NCBI RefSeq assembly: GCF_009914755.1
Contig: NC_060933.1
Strand: one strand, 5' to 3'
Length of the DNA stretch: 64,000 nucleotides
DNA from: the human T2T-CHM13v2.0 reference genome, Homo sapiens
Each line of letters opens with the position of its first letter. The first letter of the stretch is position 1. A model generated the notes under the pieces. It saw only the letters and a list, made by a program, of their open reading frames with translations, did no database searches and was not told the origin of the DNA. This document shows, one piece after another, positions 46,393 to 57,158 of the stretch. A program made the translations under genes and the position numbers.

Positions 46393-46657
46393 AAGTTGAC
46401 TTTTAGAAAGTTACTTAACCTTTTGCCCCCAAGTTTTCTCATCTGCAAAAAGAGGAAAATATATTGTTCATCTTCTTGATAAGCTTATTGTCAGGATTAC
46501 ACCACGAAATGAATATTAGTGTATTTATTGAGTGTTCTATGTCTGTCTAGTACTATTATTACTTATGTATGTGTATAAGTCTACCAGTGAAGTTCCGATT
46601 TTCAAGATAGACAAAATGAAGGCCTATAACATATTTGTATTTTCTCTGTGTGACAAC

Positions 46658-46851
46658 TAAGGTGACCAACCATCCTGGTTTTCCATGGACTGAAGAGATT
46701 TCTGGGAGATGGGAACTTTCAATTTTAAAATGGACACAATTCCAGGAAAATTGGGTTAAGTTTCTCACCCTAATTGGAGGCCCAGCTTGAGAGACTTTCA
46801 GTGTTAAAATCAAGACTGTCCCAGGAAAGCTGTAAAGAGTGGGTCATTCTA
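46658..46851 (+). mobile_element. MER81 (hAT-Blackjack): one full copy (46658-46772) plus a tandem 3' half
   Basis: taaggtgaccaaccatcctggttt...tcacccta; second gactttcagtgttaaaatcaagactgtcccagg...gggtcattcta. Confidence 0.75.
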
Positions 46852-48679
46852 GTAATAACACAGCAACTGGAGAAGTTCTTTGAAATAAATGACAATTCTG
46901 AATTTGAAGTAACATGCATGAAAACTCTCTTTCTAAATCTGGTAGAAATTTAACCCACTGATGCCAACCCTACAATCTATATAATTTCTTTCTCTTTGAA
47001 ACATTTATTCTTATTATTGTAAGAAATACTTGTTACATACTTCTGCCATTACTAACTAGCTCATTGCCACCCTGAAGAAGTAGATGTTTTTCGTTTGCAG
47101 TCAGGAAATGTAGGCTATAGACATAAGCAAATGGTGGCATAGTCATTGGATCTCTTCGTCTCTTTATGACAAAATCTAGTTGACTACTGGTTGTTCCCAT
47201 TGCTGTTACACACATTGGGAAGATGATTGAAATACTGGGTTGCTCTGCTGGGGCAGATTTGGTACGCTTATTATAAACACAGATTTGTTCAGAGAGGAGA
47301 AGCCAAAGTATAGGTTACTTATCCTTAAGTACTAAGATTACTGGGGCACCACTGTGCATTGCTGATGCTATATCTGAAATTGGATTTTAAATGTATCTAG
47401 TAAACTCACATGATGAGTTTTGACTTGGTGAGGACTTAGAGGATAAAATTTAGATGAGTTTTTGTTGATATGACTTTCTTCGTATTTTACCCATATTCTC
47501 TTCTCCTGAGTATGAGGGCAATTACAGTTATATTCTAGGTCAGGTCTGAGCTCATGCCTCCAAATATGACTCAGTGTTTCCAGCAACAACCTGAATATTA
47601 AGCATGTGTATCTTACATTCTGGGAGGAGAGTGCACTGGTATGGTGAGGTAGGCCAGGACCACGCATCCGCTGAAATTGCTATACACCTTTTATTTTGGA
47701 ACTTTTTTTGTTAGTCTTTCTAACTTTCATAATAACTTGATAGTGAGATTTTATAGGATTTACTGGCACTATCTCTAGAAGTACCTGGAAGAAATCTTTA
47801 TTGTAAGTGAAGTCATATGTTAACAATAGCCCTTTGGGCCTCGGTAAGAAAAAACACTATACAATCAACACCAATGCAAAGCCAGTATTATTGTAGGCCA
47901 GTGATGGTCACTATGTTGATATAATTGAACTGGTGAGCTATAAGGGTGTCCTCCACCCCTCAATTTCCCCAAACTTTATGATGGGGCAAAAAGAATGGTA
48001 TTTCTCAAACATAAGAAAGCTATGCTTTGTCAAGGATATATGTGTTGTAGGTAGGCAGGCAGTCCAATTCAGTTGGGGAAAGGAGTTATCTAGCTTCACA
48101 GATAAGATTGAATTTTCATGGCTAAAAGGTATCTCTTTCTTATCAGATATCTTGGCTATCTTTGCCAAAAAATCAACCTGATGAAGTGTTGCATATTTTT
48201 CCAATGTTTCTCTCTAGTGTCATATTGTTATGGTGTTAGTTTGTGCAATATTTATGTGAGGTAAAGTACAGGTCCAGAAACTAACTTTTTTGGTCAACAG
48301 TAAGAAGGCTATTATTAGCTAGAAAAAGAGAATATACTTTCTTATAAACTTGCTTTCTTCCTATACAATATCAAAAAAAAGCTCTTACTATAGTCATGGA
48401 GCCTTAAACAACACATGCAAGATTTGTGAAGATCCCTATATGGCTAGAGACTTATTTTTTCTTATATTTTGTGGCTTAGGAAGTTTCTATAAATTTTCCT
48501 GTTTCAGAAAATTTGAAGTTTCTAGGTGAAATAAATGGCCTTATTTTTTGCAGTCTGACAATTTTATAAACTTATTGAAAAAAGGAGCTAACAAGTTACA
48601 GAGTTGCATAGATTGTCTTTGAGAATCTGAAAGAAAAAAATAGAATTGTTTCTTTTTAAATTTATTGCAAATGTTTATT

Positions 48680-48850
48680 AACTAGATATCTTATCAGCAT
48701 TGTTTTCTCTTGGGCTTTTGTTTTCTTATCTCATGTATAAAACAGAGATACATTGCAAAGGTTTTTTTGTGGAAATTAAATATGTAATGTTTGTAAAGTT
48801 CTTGGCATGGTGTCTGAGACATAGCAAGCACTTGATGAATGCTTTCTATT
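48680..48850 (+). mobile_element. MIR
   Basis: ttttcttatctcatgtataaaacagagata...aatgtttgtaaagttcttggcatggtgtctgagacatagcaagcacttgatgaatg. Confidence 0.75.
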
Positions 48851-49374
48851 CTATTATTAATATCATTATTATCATTACACTGTCTAAAAACTGTGGGAGA
48901 CATAAAGAGCTACCAACAAATAATTTATATTTAGTTGGTAAGGTAGGGCTTATGCTTATGAAGTTTCCCATATGATTTGGTGACACCATATGAGCCATAT
49001 GTGGGCTACATTTCTAGTTCTATGTAAACTGCTAATATTGGACTGGGAAAGTCAGACTTTAGCCTAGTGGGTAGACCAGAGAATGGAGATTTTGAGAATA
49101 GGGGCAGAGGTTGAGTACACAGAAAGTATTCAGGTTATTTTGTAATCAGAATAAATAAATTCAACACATAAAATTTGGGGAGCAGACCATGGGTGAAACT
49201 AATAAAAAATGAATAGCCAAGCTGGGGAGTAAGACATAGGTTTGCTGAAAAATTGAACGGAGGTAGGTGTTTCTTTTCTTTTTTTGTGCTGTCTTGCTCT
49301 TTTCATAGATCTAGAGATTCCCTTCTTGGTCTTTGCCTCAGTCTTTCTATGTCTATTGACAATAGTATACTGAT

Positions 49375-49645
49375 GTAACTGGAAAGGCTTCATGGAGGAA
49401 GTAGGACTCTAACTGGACCTTGAAAGATGGGAAGAATTTAGACAGTATAAAGAGGAAACAGAATTGCATATCAGACAGGAGGAAGTGAACACTAAATGCA
49501 GGAGGGAAGAACATGTGCCTGGGGCCCAGTGAGAAGATTATATAAGGATGTCAGGGATTTATATAAGGAAGTAGGATGATAGGTAAGCTGGAGCCATATT
49601 ATTGTCAGTTTAAACGATCAGGTTTGTATTTTATCATTTAGGCAG
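49375..49645 (-). mobile_element. L2 fragment
   Basis: ggaaaggcttcatggaggaagtaggactctaactggaccttgaaagatgggaagaattt. Confidence 0.75.
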
Positions 49646-50035
49646 AAAAAAGTATTACATGTAAAAATGGAATCCCTCCCTCCCTCCCTCCCTTCCTTCC
49701 TTCCTTCCTTCCTTTTATCCTGACTTCCTCCCTCCCTCCCCAGATTCCACTTTGCTCTGCAGCCATCAGAGGAGGGAGCCTGTGCATATTCCACCCTAGC
49801 TGATAGAGTGAGAGGTGTCTGGATGGGCATATTATGGTCAGTTTAAATGATTAAGTTTGTATTTTATCATTTAGGCAGAGGAAAGTATTACATGTAAAAA
49901 TGGAATTCCTTCCTTCCTTCCTTCCCTCCTTCCTTCCTTCCTTCTTTCCTTCCTCCCTCCCTCCCTCCCTTCCTCCTTCCCTCCCTCCATCCTTCCTCCC
50001 TCCCTTTTTTCATTTCTTTCTTCCTGACTTCCTGC
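49595..50035 (+). repeat. interrupted tandem duplication (period 233 bp) with (CCTT/CCCT)n microsatellites
   Basis: catattat.gtcagtttaaa.gat.a.gtttgtattttatcatttaggcaga..aaagtattacatgtaaaaatggaat + CT tract + cctgacttcct, starting at 49595 and 49828. Confidence 0.9.
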
Positions 50036-50044
50036 TTTTCTCCT

Positions 50045-50574
50045 TTCTCTTTTAGTTCATGCCTTTTACTAACTGTGTACAATTACTTGCATTCTGGTTT
50101 GTTGAAATAGTAGGTCAGAAAACATTTGCCACAGTAATATCTGTCAAAGTGGCTGGCCATTAAAAACTCTAGCACCACATTCATCTGAAGGACACTTCCA
50201 ATGAAGGTGACTAGTTTTTGTCATTCTCATTCACTATATAGTATTTCAAGATAGCCAGTGTCACCCTCTTTCTCTTATGCTTATTCTTCTTGAGACTTGT
50301 ATAAAACTTCTTCTTTAGCACCACCACAAAACTTCAAAATAAGATAGAGAGTGTACCCCTTTTGAATTTTGTGGTCAGACGGAGGATGTCCATCTTCTAG
50401 TTGTTTGCCAGTGAAGGTCAATTTTTGCTAGTCAGGAGGCATTTCTTCCTTATCCTGAATCTTGGCCTACTGTATGCAAGAGTTCAGTCTCCAAAGTGAT
50501 GGTCTTCTCTGTGAGGGTTTTAACAAAAATCTGCATTTTGGTGTCCGTTCTGTCACAGTAGATGGCTAGGAAAA
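50045..50574 (-). pseudogene. RPS27A: processed pseudogene of RPS27A (ubiquitin-eS31 fusion); CDS-homologous part 50536-50083
   Basis: Minus strand: pyrimidine-start leader ttttcctagccatct...caccaaaATGCAGATTTTTG (MQIFVKTLTEKTITLE), decayed ubiquitin, GG|AK junction, [44 protein letters not shown]; 3'UTR with AGTAAA at 50070-50065; intronless with frameshifts. Confidence 0.95.
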
Positions 50575-50690
50575 TTGAAGACTGAAGTTTCAAGACTAAC
50601 TTGCCCCAAGTCATTATCATTGCTAAGTAGAAAGACGGGGATTGGATCCCAGATGAGTGTACCTCCAAAGCCCATATTTTTTCCCACCAC
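50575..50690 (-). mobile_element. MIR fragment
   Basis: actgaagtttcaagactaacttgccccaagtc...gggattggatcccagatgagtgtacctccaaagccc. Confidence 0.65.
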
Positions 50691-50907
50691 CTGGGCTGCC
50701 AATGGGAATCTTTTGGGTTGATAAAAGGTATACATTAGCTCCATTATGCTGGAGGAGAAAGAGTCAAGAAAGACATGTTAGGAAGCCAGTGTGATAAGCC
50801 AGATGGGAAATGTCACATTTATAAAACTTCCTGACAAATAAATATCACCATGACAGCTGTGTGAACAGGAGTTACTAATCTTCATTTTAGAGTTGAAAAA
50901 GAATATA

Positions 50908-51435
50908 CAGTTGATTCTCATTATTCTTGGTAGTTATGTTCTATAAAGTTACCACAAGTACTGAATTAGTGAATACTGAATTAATGGGAAGTATGTGAGT
51001 CTCTGGACATCAACTGATTGATACATAATCTTGGCTTTATGTGTCTTAGAGTTCTGTTTAAAGATATCTATTTAATATTAATATATATTGTTGATTCATT
51101 AACATTGAACTCATAGCCATCAGCACTATATCCCAGGCCTAAATGAAGTATATGTAATACCTGTATTTTCTTTGTAATGGACATCACAGCCTTTTTGTGC
51201 TCAGTAACACTAAATAACACTTCAGTGTCTGTGATAGCTGAACAGGAAGGCTGTGTTTCCTTGTTTGATCTCCACTGAGAATGTGCACATTGGGTCATTC
51301 AAATGTTTTGCTATTCTGGGAATGTTGACCAACAACTGGGAAAGCACCATGAATATTAATTTTGATATTACAAATTAATTGTATCAAGTAAATGAATTTG
51401 CAAATACAGAATCCACTAATGATGAAGGTGAACTG
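50908..51435 (+). mobile_element. MER82, second copy with internal deletions
   Basis: TA|cagttgattctcattattcttggtagttatgttctataaag...gcaaatacagaatccactaatgatgaaggtgaactg. Confidence 0.88.
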
Positions 51436-51730
51436 CAAAACATTTATTAGGCACTTACTATGAGCCAGGTACTGGGTTAAGAAATTGATCTCATATAAAC
51501 CTCCTAATACACTCATTTCACAGGTAAGCTGTGGAATAATTGAACTTGTCCATGACAAACTGCTGGTAAGTGGCAGATCTGTGATTCTGTACCCACATCT
51601 GTGGTTCTAGAATCTGCTTGTAAGCATCAGGTTGCATGGAAGAAATGGAGACTAAGAGGTTAACTCATTCAAGCTTTCTCAATCAGAAAATGGCAGAGCA
51701 AGGACTTGAATTCTTCCTCTCACTCAAATT
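51436..51730 (-). mobile_element. MIR fragments
   Basis: aacatttattaggcacttactatgagccaggtactg; gaagaaatggagactaagaggttaact. Confidence 0.7.
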
Positions 51731-52269
51731 CATATTCCCAGACAGACCATCTCACAGGATGGAGTGGTGTGAATGGAAAGAAAAGAGGGGTTGTGAACAT
51801 CAGATCAAAGAGCTTATGTTAGCGTTTTGTCCATGGAACTATGAGATATAAATCTAACAGTTTTGTGATTCTACTTCTGAGCTTTGCTTTGACAGGACTC
51901 AAATATACCAATAAAGATAAAAAAATCCATCTTGTTTTTTTTTTTGGATTCAAAATACATGTAATTTGAGGTGATGTCAGAAGAAATAGTAAATTAGAAT
52001 TAAGGATCATCTTTTAAAAGTTTTTTAAAGGAGAAAGAGATTTTGCTCCTCTCTGCCCATTCTATTGTGTCTGTTGTTTTTGACTTTAAAAGAAAAGTTT
52101 GGAGATCCTAGAAGGATTAAATGAATCGGGTGACAGAAAATTCTCCGGATTTGCTTCTTTAACTTGTGAAAAGTGCAAGGGAAATAATAATCTCTCTCGT
52201 TTGACTAGGGGAAATACACACATTTCTTGTGGGAGAGTAAATTTTTGCAAACATTTTGGAGAGTAACTT

Positions 52270-54180
52270 TGCACTAGGCATCAAATGTACATACTAAGAA
52301 ATACAGCCCAAGGATCATCAAGGTTATGTGCCAGTACTTGGCTCTGAGAAGTTTCCTTGAAGCTAAATATATTAATGAAATTTTGAAAACAACCACAATA
52401 TCTAACAGTAGGAGACTGGTTAAATACATTATAACCATACAATAAAATACTATGCACATGGTATGATAATAAATGCAAAATCTTTCTGAATTTACTGAAC
52501 ATGTATTATTTAATCCTTACAGCAATCTTTGAGAAAGTTTTAATAATATGAAAATATATTCATATTTTTAAGAGAATAAAGCTGTAAAACATATACATAA
52601 ACTACTATTTTAATATAAAAATGAATGTCTTTAGAAAAAACTAAAAGGATAAAATATTTAGAAGGCAGTTTTTTCTGAAAAGTATGAATATAGATGAATT
52701 TTAGTTCTATTGCTAATATAATGACTAAGAAATAAAATATTATTGTTGTGCCTTTTCCTTGAAAAGTTGGTCTGCAAATTTTTGTGTTTTAATTGAAACA
52801 AATAGTCTTTTTACATTTATTGTAATTACTGCTATATTTGAATTTATATCTAGCATTTTATTTTGTGCTATTAATCTGAGCTTTATCTGTTTATTTTCTT
52901 CTTTTTTGAGTTTATTGTTCATTTTATCTTTTTCTTTACTACACTCCATTTCTAATCTCTTAGTGATTACTTCTGCAATTAGTACATGCATACCTAATTT
53001 ATCAAAATCTACAATCAATCAGTATCTTGTTTTCAAACAAAATATTAACTCCATTTGCTCTACTCTTACATTATATGCTGTAGTTATTGTGTATCTTATT
53101 TTTGTTTATTCTTAATCTCACAATGACTTTATCATTTTTATTTAATGTGGTTTATATCTGTTTAATTTTACCTATATATTCATCTTTTTTTGTTCTTTAT
53201 TCTTCCTGTATCTCTAACCTGCCATCTGGAATCATGTTCCTTCTGCTTGAAATCCTTTAGAATTTCTTTCTTCTGGTGACGAACTCTCTTAGTGTTTTGT
53301 TTGTCTGCAAATGTCTTTATTTCACCTTAATTTTTGAAGGATATTTTGCTGGGTATGGAATTTGAGGCTAGAAATTGTTTTCTTCCAGTGCATTGAAGAT
53401 ATATTACTTTTTTTCCTGGCTTCCATTGTAGTTTTGGTCAAAAAACTACCCCCTTGAATATAATCCATTTCTTCTCTCTGATTACTTTTACAATCTTCTC
53501 TTAGATGTGGGTGTTCTCCAGTATGTAATTATGGTTTCCTTTTAAGTTTTCTTGCTTGGGATTTATTGGCCTTGAAGGATGAACTAAAAATAAACCTTTC
53601 TTCCAACCCACTCCCATTCTCATAATCAGGACTGGAAGGAAAATGCTTAGCTGTTGAGAGGAGTAAGACAAATAGTAGTTTTTGAAATATGAAAAATATG
53701 AGGGGAGCTGTAACCACAAGCTCCTCTCCTATACTTAGCCTGAAGACAAACTACTTGAATGGCCTGATAAAAACTTAAGAATGTAGTTTAAAGTGGTCCC
53801 AGACAAGCAGATTCCCCTCCCTGGCCCCCAGCTCTATGAATGCAAACCCCTACTGGAGGAAACCACTTTCACCCCATTCAGGAAAATAAGAAATTTACTG
53901 CCATGATTCATTAAACATTTAGAGAAAAAAGATGTTATGAATGAGATTCAACAGAAACAACATATAATAGAAATGGATCCACAAAGAATCCAGATACTGA
54001 TATTTTTAGGCATAAAATATGAGTGTTTATAATATTTAAAGAAATAAAATTTAAACAATTTGTAGAGGAATATTAAACCAAGAAGAACAGTTAATCAGAT
54101 TTGGATTTAATCGGAAAAATGAATTATTTGACAAAATTCTATCAATTTGTTTAACAGGAGATTTGACTACTTTCTTCAAA
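52270..54180. mobile_element. old L1ME fragments in both orientations (+ 52270-52740, - 52745-53580, + 53600-54180)
   Basis: 3' end motifs (caatatctaacagtaggagactggttaaatac); antisense ORF1/ORF2-start (tttttgaaggatattttgctgggtatggaattt; ITINVKRL in ORF 52740..53018); sense ORF1 start. Confidence 0.6.
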
Positions 54181-55139
54181 GCACAGCTGTGTACAGTGTA
54201 TCTACTTGGATTCTTACTACCGGGTGGTGGTGGTGGTAGTAGTCTTTGAGCATACTTCTGTGAATGCCACCCCAATAAAACTCAACTAGTTGAATGCTAC
54301 TTGGAGGAGTAATGCATCATCATTTTACCTGCTTTCTGATACAATTCCAGAAAAGTTTGAGAGTTCTATATGGGCACAGCACTGTACTATGCTTTTTAAG
54401 GGAATGCAAAATGAATATACATGGTTTGTGCTTTCCAGAACTCTCCAAATGATGGAGGAATAAGATAAACACACAAAAAGCTCACATAAAAATAGACTAT
54501 GTATATATTCTTACATAAGAATCAATAGCATGCAGGTATACAACATGGGAGTTTGAGAGGGATATAAATTCTGAAGGCAACACAATTGACGAAAATTGTT
54601 TTCAAAAAAATTTTATTAAGGATAAATGCTGTAACTTTTTTCAAAAGAAATTTCCTGAAACATCAGTTTGGATGGAAACTGAGATCTCAGGTGTCCTGAA
54701 TGAATTGCCCTAACTAGGACAAAGCAAGCAATTTGTCGTTGTTGGTGGTGAGGGAGAGAGGTAGAGAGGGAGAGACAGGGAAAGAGTTGGGGGAGAGTGA
54801 GAGAGAGCAAAGAAGGCGGGGAGAGAGAGAAAGGAAGTGGGAGCTTGACACCGAGCCAGGAGAGGATGCAAGGTTGCATGCTTTTCAGTGTAATTCCTCT
54901 CTTTGAAGTGCTATATCTTCAACCATGCCTACAAAGATTATGAAACGCTTCATATAAATCCTTTTTCATACACTAAGTTGTGTGCTCTGGCCCTAGTAAG
55001 GCAGAATGGAGATAGTTTGATGCAGGGCACTGGCCACAGAGTGAAACAGGAGGTTATGTCTCAGGAACTTGAGGATGTGAAGGGGAGAGCTTCACACTAG
55101 ACCTGGTTAAGAAACTGGAAACTGGCCACGTTTAACTAC

Positions 55140-55330
55140 ATTTCTGAGGAGAAGGAGATGCCCCATGACATCTAGATGATGCTAAGAAAGCTTTTGGAAG
55201 AGATAGAATTTGAGCTGGGACCTTGAAATACGGGTTGCACTTTAGCTGCGGGAGAAGAAGAGAAGGATATTCCAGGAGGAGGAATGAGAATGAGCACAGA
55301 CACTGAGAAAGGAGGGTGCTGGGAGCTGTT
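55140..55330 (-). mobile_element. L2 fragment
   Basis: agaaagcttttggaagagatagaatttgagctggaccttgaa-like block and ggatattccaggaggaggaatgagaatgagcacagacactgag. Confidence 0.65.
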
Positions 55331-57105
55331 ATCAGGCACTAGCCACGGAGCACGCCTACTGTGTCCCGCACATCAGGCTAGGGGAAAAGCACAGACTGAG
55401 TCCCAACTTGAAATGGGCCAGTTAGGACAGAACCTAGGATCCTAGGTCCGAGGCAGGCCGCCGAATGTGTGGCTGGTTCTCATCTTTCCACTGCATTTGG
55501 AACCTGGATTGGTATGGCCCCCCTCCCTGTTAGGCTGCCCCACTGGCTTGCTTTCTGCCTCCTGCACACAATGTGAGGGCAGACTGAGTTTTGGGAATGA
55601 GGTGCCCACAGTGGTCAACTGCACAATGCCGCATCTCCTGGTTGTAATTAAGTTGTCATTTGGCACATTTTTGCTTGGGTGTGGTTTTCTGGAGCACCTC
55701 AGGAGATGTCAAACTCCATAACTAAGCCCTGGGACCAAAATATTCACACACAAGTAAATGAAAGCAGACCCGTCACTTGGGTCTGCCCCCTAAAATATGG
55801 CTGCCCACATCTTTGAAAGTTACAAACCCCACTGTCTATCATCCCGCATCGACTTTATGTTGCTGATGCTTGTCAGCTCATATGCAACCTGAATCGCCTA
55901 CCACTGGGGAAAAGGTGAAGTAAAAGTGCAATAAAACCCACTATGGACTTGCAGTGCACTTGAACGTGATACTCCAGTTCAAAGAATAACGTTTTAAACA
56001 GACTAGAGTTTCTGACAAACATATAACTAATGACCATCGAATGCTTTTGATTAAAAAGAGCATGAATCTAAAGCCGTTAAAAGGTGTTTTTTTCCCCCCA
56101 AGGCAAAGAAGTTGCTTGCATCTTTGAGGGTTATTTAGTGACCGTAGAACTTTGGTTCAAGGAGCTGGAAATTTGTTCAATGCTATGTCACATTCTGTGT
56201 TTGATTTGCAAACATAGTTTCTCCTTCACCAAGTGACCACTCAACTAAAGTCAAAAGTTATCTGATTACAGGAAAATAACTTGATCATTCTGATTACTGT
56301 AAATATTTTGTAAGGTTGTTCCAACTAAGCACCCTCAGAAAATTTCCATGTTTTCATCTTATTGTGTTTATACAACTTGGGTTATATTCCTCCAGTTTTA
56401 AAAAGGACTGCAATTTGAGAAGATGGCTTTGAGGTCCTTCAAAATTACTTGCAATTTTTTTCCACTGTATTAAAGAGTTGTAGGCCATTCCAATATGATC
56501 CCAGTCTAATATGATAAATCAGTAATGCATACTGTGTTTAGAGGTAAGATATGGAAAAATTCCTTCATGCTGCTAATTTCCTGCCTATTTCTAGCCATTA
56601 GGTCTTAAAATTCCCCATACATCTCTGTCAGGTAGATAAAAGACTCCAATTTCTTAACTGCCACTCAGACATTTCACACACCTGGTTTCAGATAAGAGTT
56701 CTAGAGTAGGAAGAGGGGAGGGTCTAAGGAAAAACACAAGGAAAACACTTCCAGTTTGCAACATCAAATTTTATTACATTGGGTCATAAACAACCACAAT
56801 TAGCAAAGCATGTTCACAGTCAAAGTTGCCTTTCGAAAGGCAGGTGTGTGTACATTTCCCTAGGAGCAGATGGCAATTGTGTGGAATCGCTGCTCCGTCC
56901 TTAGTTTTGGAGATTTATAAGGAGGAGTGGGGCCATGTTTACCAAGCCTGCTGCTTTCCCCACCAAATCAATTCCTTGTCAGGGTACAACCAGACCTCTG
57001 GAAAGGGTTAAGTAGGAGTCCGGGGGGACCACTTGACATCTGCTCCACTCAAGACTTTTTGATCTTGTTGTTTTTGGCTTTTGAAGAGCAGGCCCACCTT
57101 GAAGA

Positions 57106-57109
57106 GTGT

Positions 57110-57145
<36 letters not shown>

Positions 57146-57158
57146 GAGAGAGAGGGAG
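57106..57158 (+). repeat. (GT)n(GA)n compound microsatellite
   Basis: Direct reading. Confidence 0.9.

Noticed and set aside
55432-55447. Perfect 16-bp palindrome acctaggatcctaggt
   Set aside because: About one is expected by chance; no supporting context.
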